This document shows, piece by piece, positions 42,979-53,074 of a stretch of DNA of 64,000 nucleotides. The position numbers were made by a program, and so were the translations under genes. This DNA comes from an uncultured Verrucomicrobiae bacterium (GTDB taxonomy: Bacteria; Verrucomicrobiota; Verrucomicrobiia; Chthoniobacterales; UBA10450), in the NCBI GenBank assembly GCA_963815455.1, contig CAWFGO010000001.1, positions 64,001-128,000 of the forward strand. The letters run 5' to 3'. The notes beneath the pieces are model-generated. The model did no database searches, had not been told where the DNA came from, and saw nothing but the letters and a program-made list of their open reading frames with translations. Numbering within the stretch: position 1 is the stretch's first letter; each line of letters starts with the position of its first letter.

Positions 42979-43764
42979 CTAAGCGGGCCTGAACGTACGC
43001 AGCTGGTGGCCCGCTTCTCGCAGCACCTGCATACGACGACGCCATGCCCGTTGCCCGAGATAATCGCGCGGCAAAATTGGCGATGGCAATAAGGGGTCGA
43101 TAGCAATCGCATTTAACCATCCGTCGCGCTCGGCTGCAGCCCAGCGCCGCAATTCCTTTGCCGCATTCTCATTCTTCAGTGCGCCGCCCGGTCGCTGGTC
43201 GATCACTTTCAGGTGCTGGACATAGCGGCGGTTGATTCGCTCGAAGTCCCAAGCGCCTGCAACAATGTCCGCATCCGATTCTCCTCCACACGGTCGCACC
43301 TCTAATAGGACCAGGGATTCCACGTTGATTTTCCCGCCACAAAGAATCTGCTCTTCTCCCTCCAACGGGTCGGGCGTAATCCAGACGCTGTTTTGTAGGT
43401 AACCAAACCCTTTGCTGCGCAGATAACGTCGCAACCGGTCCCGCTGAGAATTTTTTCGCGTGGGCACGTCGAAAAGCACCATCCGCCATTTTCCATCCCA
43501 AGGCCGAGCCCAGCGTTCTTTCGGATCGCGTCCACCAAGGACATGAAGTCGGCCTTGCGCCGTCAATCGATAGAGTCTGTCCTCCATCGCATTGGCTTTT
43601 CGCTCAATCCACTGTTGTCGTTCCAGCCTCGAAATGCGTTTGAGCATTCCATTTCGGTAGGCCCAGCTTTCGAATGAATCGTCGATATTTCGAAAACTCG
43701 GACGCATCAGTTGGTCGGCGGTCCAGAGTAAATAATAGAGAAACTCCTCGGTCTTCGGACTCAC
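42979..43764 (-). CDS. PaaX-like protein (winged-helix-like N-terminus, Cas2-like central domain, PaaX C-terminal domain)
   Basis: YRLTAQG, WDGKWRMVLFDVP, LRSKGFGYLQNSVWITP, AWDF, DPLLP..ILP. Confidence 0.88.
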   Translation of the reverse strand: MSPKTEEFLYYLLWTADQLMRPSFRNIDDSFESWAYRNGMLKRISRLERQQWIERKANAMEDRLYRLTAQGRLHVLGGRDPKERWARPWDGKWRMVLFDVPTRKNSQRDRLRRYLRSKGFGYLQNSVWITPDPLEGEEQILCGGKINVESLVLLEVRPCGGESDADIVAGAWDFERINRRYVQHLKVIDQRPGGALKNENAAKELRRWAAAERDGWLNAIAIDPLLPSPILPRDYLGQRAWRRRMQVLREAGHQLRTFRPA

Positions 43765-43797
43765 GACCGATTATCACAAAAATCTCGCGTCACTTCA

Positions 43798-43837
43798 AGG
43801 CCAGTTTCATGTCGCATATGCGACATGAAACTGGCCT
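43798..43837. repeat. 40-bp perfect palindrome upstream of PaaX-like gene
   Basis: aggccagtttcatgtcgcat|atgcgacatgaaactggcct. Confidence 0.95.
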
Positions 43838-43962
43838 GCTGCCGGGATGGAGATTTGGTAAAAGGCGCAGGCCGTGAATTATTGGCGCTATTGTTTGCGT
43901 CGCTTGAGAGAAGGCGCCGCTACAATCCGCCAGGGGTGGAGCAACGATCAACGACGGCGATG

Positions 43963-44298
43963 CTATTTCCCCGGCTCCGCACCTACGGCAACTTTGGCAA
44001 GGATCGGTTCCACGTCCGGATCGGCCTTTATCATGCCCGCTCGCAGCGCGTCACGAAATTCCTGAATCGCCTTGTTGCGCTTTTGAAAGGCGGCCTTTAC
44101 AGCAGGATCTTGCACTGCCTTTTGCTCGGCCGCGCGCAGCTTTAGCTGCTCGTCCAGCGATAAGTTATTGACCCTCTCTTCTCGCTCCCGCACCTGTTTG
44201 CGTAGATCGCTGTCATCCACCCCCTGGGAGAAAGCACACGGTGCGATCTGAGTGATAGCGAACACAACCAGCGGGAGAGCGAATGCTTTGAGTCTCAT
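43963..44298 (-). CDS. Small secreted helical hypothetical protein
   Basis: Signal peptide; charged helical body ending MIKADPDVEPILAK. Confidence 0.7.
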   Translation of the reverse strand: MRLKAFALPLVVFAITQIAPCAFSQGVDDSDLRKQVREREERVNNLSLDEQLKLRAAEQKAVQDPAVKAAFQKRNKAIQEFRDALRAGMIKADPDVEPILAKVAVGAEPGK

Positions 44299-44321
44299 AA
44301 GAAAAAAAGTAGCACAGCGCT

Positions 44322-44912
44322 TCAATCTTTGCGACCAGTCCCAACACGTTGACGATAGAGTGCAGGATCGACAACGGCAGCCATTGCGTTGAGATCCATG
44401 TCCTGCTCAAGAAACCCGTTAATTTCTTTAGCTGCGCCGAGCGGTTCACGAAGAACCCGGCCATGCTCGATGCCGAGGAATCGGCAGGTGGGTTGCGTGG
44501 CCAGCCATTCTTCAATTTGGGCCAGCTGACTCGCGTAGACTTTCGCAAGCATGGCCTCGTCTGCGCTGGTTTTACCTTGCCGCTCCAGCATCACGCGCTG
44601 ACTGGCGAGAATTTCTTCCATGGGCCGCTTCATCAGGATAATGCGATATTGAAATCGGCCGTCGGTTGGAAGTTCACGTAGAAGAAGGTGAATGATCTTC
44701 ACGACCCGTCCACGCGCCTGGTCGAGCCAGAGTTTGTCGCTGCGCAGTCGTTTCACCGGCTCGAACTCAAAATAGCCACGCGGATTACTTTCATCGGGCG
44801 CGCGCAAGTCGTCCGTCAATGGAGGTAGTCCTCCCGCGACGAGCATTTGCATCATGAGCGAAGTGCCAGATCGCGGGAGTCCGCTCACGACGGTGATAAA
44901 ATCGCGCTGCAT
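44322..44912 (-). CDS. Sulfotransferase family protein
   Basis: PAPS-binding loop VSGLPRSGTS; NPRGYFE. Confidence 0.88.
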   Translation of the reverse strand: MQRDFITVVSGLPRSGTSLMMQMLVAGGLPPLTDDLRAPDESNPRGYFEFEPVKRLRSDKLWLDQARGRVVKIIHLLLRELPTDGRFQYRIILMKRPMEEILASQRVMLERQGKTSADEAMLAKVYASQLAQIEEWLATQPTCRFLGIEHGRVLREPLGAAKEINGFLEQDMDLNAMAAVVDPALYRQRVGTGRKD

Positions 44913-46927
44913 TAATCGACAGTTGGCTGAGGTAATCCCTCGGCAAGGATGCGTTTTACAATGTCACGATGTTTGTTGGCTGTTTCTGTTCGGCCTACGC
45001 GATTGGCAATTTTTGAAACGTAACGATGGGCAAGCAGGAAGTCGGGACGCATGGCCAGACAGATCTCAAACGCCTGCAATGCACGCTCGTACCAGCCGAG
45101 CCGGGAGAGGACCGCTCCGAGCTGGAAATGGGCGATTGGAAAATCGTGAAACAGAGAAATCGCCTTAAGACCGCACTGAACGCCATCTTCCAGACGCCCC
45201 TGCCGGGGAAGGGCAACACTCAGGCCGTAGTATGCTTCGGCGTTGTCCTCATCCAGTTCGAGCGATTTGCGAAATGCCGTTTCCGCTTCGCGCCAGCGGC
45301 GCAGTCGCAGACACGCCCGGCCAATCCGACAAAGTAACCACGGATCCTGCGGTCCATGAACCAAGGCACCTTCAAAATGCCGGAGCGCACCCGCGACATC
45401 GTCCGTAAGCCAACAATGGAAACCGCGGAAGAGCGCCATTTGCTTGGCATCCGGTTTTAGAACCTGGAGCTGATCCAGAACGCGACCGAGCGCCTTAGCA
45501 TCGCCCGCCGATACGGCTGTCTGACCGGCGAAAGCAACGTAGCGCGCTTCCTCGGGAAATTGCTGCGCCAACTCTTCGGCTAGAGCGAGAGCAGCAGCTG
45601 GTTGTTTGCCGTCGATGTAGCTGCAAGCCAGATTGAATTTCTGTTCTGCGCGCGCCCGGGCGATATCGCGCTGGATGTCTTCGCCAGGCGCTTCCAGATA
45701 GCCCAGCTCGACGAGCTGATGCAGCGCGGCCGCCGCGGCCTCGGGGTCGTCGGCGATATTTTTTGTTTCGCCACCATTGACAGCGGGGTCGGGAACGTCC
45801 TCCCATGAAGCAATGCGCTCGAGTTCCGGCATTTCTTGGAAAGCGTTGACCAGCACCTTGCCTTCCATATCCCGGCCTATCGGCAGGCCGAACATCGAGA
45901 GAACGGTGGGTGCTATGTCCAGGAGGGTAGCACCGTGAACAATGTCGTCCTTTTTGATTCCGGGACCAGCGAGCACAAAGATGCCGAAATTGCGGTGCCA
46001 CTGCGCGGGGTCGACTTCGCCCGTGGGACGCCTCGCCCCGTTGAGAAAGCCGTGGTCCGACACGATCATGACGTGCGCGTCCGGACCGGCCAGCTCGAGC
46101 AAACGGCCCAGCATCTGGTCGTGGAATTCGTAGGTCGCGTTCATGACGCCCTGGAAAACTTCAAAAAGATCGGGGCGCACGTGTTCCATTCGGGGCGGGT
46201 GAAAGACCATGAAATCGTGTCCTATGTGATCGATCGCCTCGTAGTAAGCGGAGCAAAAATCCCACGGCATCTCTTCCATCACCGCAGTCGTGACCGCGTG
46301 CAGTGAGGCGCATTCGGCCAGTCGTTTTGCGAATGAGTGAAGTAGACGGCGAACCTCCGGGTCGCGTTGATCGAGCTGTTGTGCCAGCGGGATGAACTGC
46401 GAAAGCATGGGACCGGTCACCTCACCCGGATGGAGACGCAGTTCCGCGAGCGACTCGGCCAGATGAGCAGGCTGCACACTATTTGGCTGTGGCGGCCAAT
46501 TCGCCGGCGTGGCGGAAGCGGGAGCAACCGGAAATTGGTGAGAAATACAGATGCCTTTGATGACTTCGGCCGGGTGACTCGCGTACCAGCCTACGGCGTG
46601 ACAGCGTTTGCCGGCCTGCGACAAGATATTCCAGAGCGCTTTGCACTTTCGCGTGCCGCTTGAGGTAGGCCTCAGGGCCGCACCATCCGGGGTCGGCTCT
46701 ACAAATCCGTGCACACCGTGAAGGTAGGCCCGTTTGCCGGTTGCAATTGAAGTCCAAAGAACCGGCGACAAAATTGGCTGGAGGGTCAGGAGGTTTCCCA
46801 TGACGCCGCCATCTACCAATCGCTTCAGATTGGGCATTCGGTCCGCATCGAGCAGCGGATGAATCATTTGCCAATCGGCCGCATCCCAGCCCACTAGCAG
46901 AAGTTTTTGTGCAATCGGTTCGATCAT
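44912..46927 (-). CDS. Alkaline phosphatase superfamily (type I phosphodiesterase) protein with C-terminal TPRs
   Basis: GWDAADW, LSPVLWTSIATG, DHIGH, VSDHGF, LVELGY then TPRs. Confidence 0.88.
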   Translation of the reverse strand: MIEPIAQKLLLVGWDAADWQMIHPLLDADRMPNLKRLVDGGVMGNLLTLQPILSPVLWTSIATGKRAYLHGVHGFVEPTPDGAALRPTSSGTRKCKALWNILSQAGKRCHAVGWYASHPAEVIKGICISHQFPVAPASATPANWPPQPNSVQPAHLAESLAELRLHPGEVTGPMLSQFIPLAQQLDQRDPEVRRLLHSFAKRLAECASLHAVTTAVMEEMPWDFCSAYYEAIDHIGHDFMVFHPPRMEHVRPDLFEVFQGVMNATYEFHDQMLGRLLELAGPDAHVMIVSDHGFLNGARRPTGEVDPAQWHRNFGIFVLAGPGIKKDDIVHGATLLDIAPTVLSMFGLPIGRDMEGKVLVNAFQEMPELERIASWEDVPDPAVNGGETKNIADDPEAAAAALHQLVELGYLEAPGEDIQRDIARARAEQKFNLACSYIDGKQPAAALALAEELAQQFPEEARYVAFAGQTAVSAGDAKALGRVLDQLQVLKPDAKQMALFRGFHCWLTDDVAGALRHFEGALVHGPQDPWLLCRIGRACLRLRRWREAETAFRKSLELDEDNAEAYYGLSVALPRQGRLEDGVQCGLKAISLFHDFPIAHFQLGAVLSRLGWYERALQAFEICLAMRPDFLLAHRYVSKIANRVGRTETANKHRDIVKRILAEGLPQPTVD

Positions 46928-46992
46928 TGCAGTCAAATCAGAGGGACTAATCTACGCTACAACGGCGATTGCTCGTTGTCCCCTGACTAAGC

Positions 46993-47033
46993 AAAAACCG
47001 CGCTCACGCCAACCATTCGGCGCGAGCGCGGTT
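46993..47033 (-). terminator. Probable intrinsic terminator after PEP-CTERM gene
   Basis: Stem aaccgcgctc/gagcgcggtt followed by T run on minus strand. Confidence 0.65.
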
Positions 47034-47068
47034 CTGTTAGAATGAACGGTGCGCGGTAGCTATTTCAA

Positions 47069-47797
47069 TCAAGCTGCGTGCTGCCGGCGCCACCTGCGCA
47101 GGCCAGCCGCACCTGCGGCCAAAGCGCCGATGGTCAGAAGCGCCACCGTCGAAGGCTCGGGAACGACAGTGATCGGCGCTCCGGTATTATCGAAACTCCA
47201 GCCTAGTACCGTTACAGGGAAGCCACCCACATCGGGCGCGTCCGCCGCCCCGAAAGAGGCGACCTTGCTGGTCGCGAAGTTATTGAGGGCCGGGGCGCTG
47301 TTGGTGGTGGTGGTCATCGTCAGATAGCCATAGTTCGTCACGCCAAGCCCGTTGACGAAAGCAAATCCCAAGATATGCGTGCCGCTCATGAGATAAGGTG
47401 AACCCGTTGTCCCCAGAATCGCGCGAGTATATGTCGAAGCAGGGCCGACCACGGTGCCAGGCGCGAGATCGAGATAAGGGCCAGTGGCTGTTGCCGCAAC
47501 TCCTCCTGCCGGAGCTGCTGACCAGTAAAACCCGAGCTGAGTGAGACCGGCTGCGGCATAAGGGTTGAAGTCCCAACCTGGATTCGCGCCGCCCGAACCG
47601 GCGGTCGCGCCCGTCTCAAGGTTAATATAAACGCCGCCAAAGGTCATGGGGACCGGGATCGGCGTACTAAATGTAATGATATCCGCTTCAGCTTCCTGCG
47701 GTACCGCGGCGGCGGTGCCGACGAGCGCTGCTGCGCACATGCCAAGACGAACGTTAACGGAAGAGGGATCGAGTTGAAGAATGTTTTTGTCTTTCAT
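47069..47797 (-). CDS. PEP-CTERM sorting domain protein
   Basis: VVPEPST + TM + RRWRR; N-terminal leader ending AEA-DII. Confidence 0.92.
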   Translation of the reverse strand: MKDKNILQLDPSSVNVRLGMCAAALVGTAAAVPQEAEADIITFSTPIPVPMTFGGVYINLETGATAGSGGANPGWDFNPYAAAGLTQLGFYWSAAPAGGVAATATGPYLDLAPGTVVGPASTYTRAILGTTGSPYLMSGTHILGFAFVNGLGVTNYGYLTMTTTTNSAPALNNFATSKVASFGAADAPDVGGFPVTVLGWSFDNTGAPITVVPEPSTVALLTIGALAAGAAGLRRWRRQHAA

Positions 47798-48014
47798 AAG
47801 CTTAATGAAGTAAGGATATAGCTTGCAGTTAGAGGCGGTTGTATGGGTTTCAGTTTCTAAAGTCAATAATAAAATGCGCCCGGAACCGGAAAATTTCCGC
47901 CAAAGGGCGAGCTCACTTTTAGGCGTTTAGTCCAGGTTCCGGCGCTAACCCGATTGATTCCACGGAGCGACATTCCCATTGGCAATTTCGCTGGACCGAC
48001 CGATAATTCGACTC

Positions 48015-48827
48015 ATGACCGCTTGGGGAAGACTCGTGGCAATGGCGTTGGTGATGAGCATTTGCGCCGTCATTGGCGCGGAATCGCCCCGGCTTTCCTC
48101 CGATCAACTGGCCAAGGCGATTAAGAACGACGCCATTAGCATCCCAACTCCGGGCGAGCTTTTTGCCGCTCTGTCCAAGCCAGGGAAACCAAATTGGTCG
48201 GGCCAATATCGCGCACCGATGCCGATGACTTATCGCAACCGCGCCCAGATCGCGCTCAACCTTGGGGGGCTGATAGCCGACGGATTCGTTGCCGTCGAAG
48301 CGAAGGACAGCCAGCAGGTCAAAAATATCGGCGCGGACATTATCAAGCTCGCAAAAGCTCTCGGGGTGAGTGAAAACCTGCTCGGCCGCGGCAATAGCAT
48401 TAACGAATTTGCCGAGAACGACGATTGGGACACGCTGCAGGAGGAACTGGAAGCGACCCAGAACGAAGTGAAATCGTCGATGCAATCGCATAGCGATCAG
48501 GATCTGGTCATTCTCGTGAGTCTGGGTGGATGGATTCGGGGCACGCAGGTGGTTAGCGCAGCGATTCTGCAAAATTACGACGAGCGCAGCGCCAGGGTTC
48601 TCCGTCAGCCGGCCCTGGTCAGCTTCATGCAATCCAAGATCAACGATGTCTCGCCCGAGCTGCGCAATGAGACCCTGGTCAAGAACGTCAGCGAACAACT
48701 CGACGGGATGGAAAAACTGGTTTCGTTTCCCTCCGGCAAAGCGCCGACTGAAGAAGAGGTGCGCAAAGTGAGCGAAGCGGCCGGTAAGATGATGGAGACG
48801 ATCCGGACCAAGACCGACACAAAATGA
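48015..48827 (+). CDS. Secreted helical hypothetical protein
   Basis: Signal peptide; IPTPGELF, ALNLG, GGWIRG; first gene of operon. Confidence 0.75.
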   Translation: MTAWGRLVAMALVMSICAVIGAESPRLSSDQLAKAIKNDAISIPTPGELFAALSKPGKPNWSGQYRAPMPMTYRNRAQIALNLGGLIADGFVAVEAKDSQQVKNIGADIIKLAKALGVSENLLGRGNSINEFAENDDWDTLQEELEATQNEVKSSMQSHSDQDLVILVSLGGWIRGTQVVSAAILQNYDERSARVLRQPALVSFMQSKINDVSPELRNETLVKNVSEQLDGMEKLVSFPSGKAPTEEEVRKVSEAAGKMMETIRTKTDTK

Positions 48828-49255
48828 AGCGGCGTCTGTTTCTCCTGTCGATCCTCGTCCTGGCCTTCAGCATTTCCGCGCGAGCCCAGACCGATACCGA
48901 AGTTGACGCCCGCAAAGCCGCGCTCGATCTGGCCGGGGCCTTCAGCAACGACGGATTCAAAATTCGCGACGGTCACTGGTGCGGCACGATCAAGCCGCAC
49001 GATCACGCTCTCATCGCCGTCAATCTTTACGCGGGAAATCAGTATTGGTTTACCGCCGGCGCGACCGATCTGGCCAAAAAGATTAGTGTGAACCTTTACG
49101 ACGAAACCGGAAAACAGGTCGTGACGGAAAGCTATAACTCAGGGGAAAAAGCAGCCGCCGGATATTCGCCCACCAGCAGTGGGCAGTATTACGTCTCGGT
49201 CGATCTGGTCGATGGCAAGGAAAGCAGTTTCTGCCTCGTCTATTCGTATAAGTAG
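48824..49255 (+). CDS. Secreted hypothetical protein (beta-sandwich-like)
   Basis: Signal peptide ..SARA-QT; ATGA overlap. Confidence 0.75.
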   Translation: MKRRLFLLSILVLAFSISARAQTDTEVDARKAALDLAGAFSNDGFKIRDGHWCGTIKPHDHALIAVNLYAGNQYWFTAGATDLAKKISVNLYDETGKQVVTESYNSGEKAAAGYSPTSSGQYYVSVDLVDGKESSFCLVYSYK

Positions 49256-49326
49256 CGGGCGTCGTCCTGATCTGGACGCCTCTTAGTTGAACGTTGGGCG
49301 TTGAGCGTTGAGCGTTGAGCGTTGAG

Positions 49327-49602
49327 ATGATCTCGCTCCAGGTTTTTTATGAAGGCACCGTGCAAGGTGTCGGTTTTCGCTGGTCGGTCCGCCACATCGC
49401 CAAAGGCTTTGATGTCACAGGCTGGGTCCGCAATTTGCCCGATGGCCGAGTGGAACTTCAGATCACCGGCGAAGAAAATGAAGTGCGGGCCTTTCTTGAA
49501 GCGATCGCAAAAAGCGAGCTGCGCGGCCTGATCCGGAAACAAACTGAATCAAAACTGCCCGAGCCCGTCACAGCGCGCGGCTTCGAAATTCGCCATGACT
49601 GA
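49327..49602 (+). CDS. acyP: Acylphosphatase
   Basis: [21 protein letters not shown]. Confidence 0.92.
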   Translation: MISLQVFYEGTVQGVGFRWSVRHIAKGFDVTGWVRNLPDGRVELQITGEENEVRAFLEAIAKSELRGLIRKQTESKLPEPVTARGFEIRHD

Positions 49603-50452
49603 TTCGGCTGTCGCCATCAACGGGCTGACGAAGGTTTTTCCGGTCCCGTTCCGTCGACACGGGATCGTGGCGGTGCGCGATCTCGATCTTCAGGTGAATC
49701 CCGGCGAAGTTTACGGCTTGCTCGGGCCTAACGGATCGGGTAAAAGCACTACGCTCAAGATCATTCTCGGCCTCGTTTCGCCGACGCGCGGCCGCACCGA
49801 AATTTTCGGCCGCAACAGCCGCTTGGTTGAGAGTCGCGACGCGGTTGGTTTCTTGCCGGAGAATCCGTATTTCTACAAATATCTCACCGGCGAAGAGACG
49901 CTGCGATTTTTCGGAAAACTTTGCGGGCTCAACGACTCACGCCTAAAGAACCGCATCGGCGAGTTGCTCGATCTCGCCGGTCTGACAAAAGCGCGAAGCC
50001 TGCGCCTGGGCACTTATTCGAAAGGAATGCTCCAACGCATCGGGCTGGCCCAGGCGTTGATCAACGAACCGAGACTGGTCGTCCTCGACGAACCGACGGC
50101 CGGTGTCGATCCCGCCGGCTCACGCGATATTTGCAATTTGATTCTCGATCTTAAACGGCGCGGAATCACCGTGCTGCTTTCGTCGCATTTGCTGGCGCAG
50201 GCCCAGGAAATTTGCGATCGCGTGGGCATTCTCTCAAATGGCATCCTGGTGCGCGAAGGCCGGCTGGACGAGCTGATCGCGATTGAAAACCAAACCGAGC
50301 TCGTTTTGAAAAATGCTTCCGGCGCGTTGCTGAACGAAATCGAAGCCCTCGCCGCCAAATCGAACGCCAAAGTGATCGAACAACGAAGATCGACAACGAC
50401 CTTGGAGCGTCTCTTTCTCGAAACGACGTCTGAACCGGGCGAACAAAAATGA
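49595..50452 (+). CDS. ABC transporter ATP-binding protein
   Basis: [22 protein letters not shown]. Confidence 0.95.
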   Translation: MTDSAVAINGLTKVFPVPFRRHGIVAVRDLDLQVNPGEVYGLLGPNGSGKSTTLKIILGLVSPTRGRTEIFGRNSRLVESRDAVGFLPENPYFYKYLTGEETLRFFGKLCGLNDSRLKNRIGELLDLAGLTKARSLRLGTYSKGMLQRIGLAQALINEPRLVVLDEPTAGVDPAGSRDICNLILDLKRRGITVLLSSHLLAQAQEICDRVGILSNGILVREGRLDELIAIENQTELVLKNASGALLNEIEALAAKSNAKVIEQRRSTTTLERLFLETTSEPGEQK

Positions 50453-50547
50453 ATTCTCCGCAGATTTCGCAGATTTACGCAGATTGGGAGCCCAGAAAAT
50501 AATCTGCAGAAAATATGCGTTAATCTGTGGACCAAAAACTCTTGTCG

Positions 50548-51435
50548 ATGACAGAAAGACAATATCGCTCGTTTTCCCTGGCGCGCATTCTCGCGATCAC
50601 GGCCAACACGTTGACCGATCTGACCCGGCAGAGGGTTTTCTATGTTCTGCTGATGTTCGCGCTGCTTTTGATCGGCAGCTCGATCTTCATGGCTCGATTC
50701 ACTTTCCAACAGGAATTCCAAATCCTGAAAGATATTTCGCTCGGTGCGATGTCGATCTTTACATCGTTGCTGGCGATCCTGGCCACGGCGCGGCTGATTC
50801 CGCAGGACGTCGAGGACCGCACTGTTTACACGATTCTGGCCAAGCCGGTGCCGCGTTTCGAATATGTGCTTGGAAAAATCGCCGGCGTTCTCCTGCTTCT
50901 TGGGATCAGCGTGCTGGTGATGAGCGCGCTTTTTCTATTCGTGCTTTACGTGCGCGAGCAATCGGTGCTGCACGAAACAACGCGCCAGATGTCGGCCGCA
51001 CCGCGAGAGCAGCTCGACGCTGCTTTGCGCGCCGTCCGGGCTTCGGCGCTGAACATCGATATCTTCCCAGGCATCGCGATCATCTATTTAAAAGCATGCC
51101 TGCTCGCCGCGTTGACCCTTTTCGTTTCCACTTTCGCCACTACAAATATTTTCACCGTCGTGGTGATGGTCTTTGTTTATTTCATCGGCCACCTGCAGGC
51201 GACCGCGCGCGAGTATTGGTTGCAGGAACACAGCAGCGGTTGGATCACGCGTGCATTCCTGGCTGTCGTGGCGCTGCTGTTTCCCGATTTGCAGGCATTC
51301 AATCTGGTCGATGATATTGTCGCGGGCGCGGCCATCCCATTGGGCCTGTTTCTAAACACTGCCGCGCTCGGCATTTTTTATACGGCGATCTATACTTTGC
51401 TGGCTGCATTCGTGTTTCAGGGCAAAGAGCTATGA
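50548..51435 (+). CDS. ABC-2 type transporter permease
   Basis: Six TM segments; DRTVYTILAKPVPRFEYVLGK. Confidence 0.88.
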   Translation: MTERQYRSFSLARILAITANTLTDLTRQRVFYVLLMFALLLIGSSIFMARFTFQQEFQILKDISLGAMSIFTSLLAILATARLIPQDVEDRTVYTILAKPVPRFEYVLGKIAGVLLLLGISVLVMSALFLFVLYVREQSVLHETTRQMSAAPREQLDAALRAVRASALNIDIFPGIAIIYLKACLLAALTLFVSTFATTNIFTVVVMVFVYFIGHLQATAREYWLQEHSSGWITRAFLAVVALLFPDLQAFNLVDDIVAGAAIPLGLFLNTAALGIFYTAIYTLLAAFVFQGKEL

Positions 51436-52191
51436 TGCGTTCCCTTTTGTCGGTTGCGATGGTGCTCGCGTTTGGCGTAATCAAACTGCCGGCCGAGCAC
51501 GCTCTCTTCGGGCAACATCGACAACAGCATTTTCTCGGCGTCGAATTCAATCTCGATCTTGCGAGAACAGATCGGGCAGCTCGGCTTCATCGCCGCACTC
51601 AGCGGATTTCGCGCAGCCGTCGCGGACGTTCTTTTCATCCAAGCGCACGTCGCGTGGGAACGAACGGAATGGGGCCGCGTGCTATTGCTGTTTCGGCAGG
51701 CCACGACTTTGCAGCCGCGCTCGATTTTGTTTTGGGACATGGCCGCGTGGCACATGGCCTGGAATGCCAGCGTGGCCGCAATGAACGATCCAACTCAGCC
51801 CCGCCTTGCCTTGCGCGTCAAAGCCCAGCGGGAATATTTTGCGCTGGGCAAGGATTTTCTCGAACGCGGCATCGCGAACAATCCCGATAAGCCGCAGCTC
51901 TACGAATCGCTGGCCCGGCTTTACCAGCAGAAATATCACGATCACGTGCGCGCCTCGGAATATTACGCAAAAGCCGCCGCCCTTCCCGGCGCGCCGAGTT
52001 ACGACAAACGATTTGCCGCCTATGAGCTATCCTATTGCGAAGGGCGCGAGCGCGAGGCCTACGAACGCTTGCACCGGCTTTACGAATTGGGCGAGAAAGA
52101 GCGTGTGCCTACGTTGATCGCGCGGATAAAGTTTCTCGAAAACAAACTCGATATTCCGCAGGATCAGCGGATTCTCGATCGCGCGCCGTAA
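51432..52191 (+). CDS. Membrane-anchored TPR-like hypothetical protein (frameshift near 51560)
   Basis: N-terminal TM in one ORF; LSGFRAAVAD, WHMAWNAS, FLERGI..NP in the next. Confidence 0.7.
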
Positions 52192-52201
52192 GGCGTTCGC
52201 T

Positions 52202-52930
52202 ATGCCAATGCGTTTTGCTATTTTTAGTGACATTCACGCCAACCTCGAGGCGCTCGACGCCGTTCTGGCCGATGCCAACGAGCGCGAGTGCACCCATTTT
52301 GTTTGTCTGGGCGACATCGTTGGTTACAACGCAAACCCGCACGAGTGCGTCGAGCGCGTGCGCGAGATGGATTGCCCGATCGTGAAAGGCAACCACGACG
52401 AGCAGGCGTCGCTGGTCGAATCGTCGCGCGACTTCAACGAGCTGGCCGAGCACGCCATCGACTGGACTCGCAATCATCTGATCGAGGAAGACAAGACTTG
52501 GCTGCGCGAATTGCGATTGCAACGTCAGGTGCGCGATTTCACCATCGTGCACGCCACCCTCGATACCCCGGCCCAATGGGGCTACGTCTTCAATAATCTC
52601 GATGCGGCGGCGAGTTTCACCTATCAGCACACCACCGTTTGCTTTTTCGGTCACACCCATGTGCCGATGGCATTCATTCGAGACGACGGAGTGAAACGAA
52701 TAAAAATCGAACAACTGCGCATCGAGCCGGGCAAGAAATATTTCATCAATGTCGGGAGCGTCGGTCAGCCGCGCGACGGCAACTGGCGCGCCGCCTATTG
52801 CATTTACGACATCGAAACCGCCAACGTCGAACAACGCCGCGTAAAATACGATTTGGAAACCGCCCAGGAAAAAATTATCAAAGCCGGCCTGCCCGATCTC
52901 CTGGCCGAACGATTGGCACTCGGAAGGTAA
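52202..52930 (+). CDS. Metallophosphoesterase
   Basis: SDIHAN, GDIVGY, GNHD, GHTH, GSVGQPRD. Confidence 0.93.
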   Translation: MPMRFAIFSDIHANLEALDAVLADANERECTHFVCLGDIVGYNANPHECVERVREMDCPIVKGNHDEQASLVESSRDFNELAEHAIDWTRNHLIEEDKTWLRELRLQRQVRDFTIVHATLDTPAQWGYVFNNLDAAASFTYQHTTVCFFGHTHVPMAFIRDDGVKRIKIEQLRIEPGKKYFINVGSVGQPRDGNWRAAYCIYDIETANVEQRRVKYDLETAQEKIIKAGLPDLLAERLALGR

Positions 52931-52951
52931 GATCGACAAGTAATGGAACCC

Positions 52952-53062
52952 GTCATCCTGAGCGAATATGCCAGTCCGGCGCGGACCGAAGGATCCCGAT
53001 GAATTACTTTAAAGCTCCAGCTACGGGATTCTTCGACTCCGCTTCACTCCGCTCAGAATGAC
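52952..53062. repeat. Family A palindromic element
   Basis: gtcatcctgagcg...gggattcttcgactccg...cgctcagaatgac. Confidence 0.8.
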
Positions 53063-53074
53063 GACATACACTTT

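Noticed and set aside
42979..43764. Canonical phenylacetate catabolism repressor paaX
   Set aside because: No paa genes in the window and the N-terminus is atypical, so the gene symbol is withheld.
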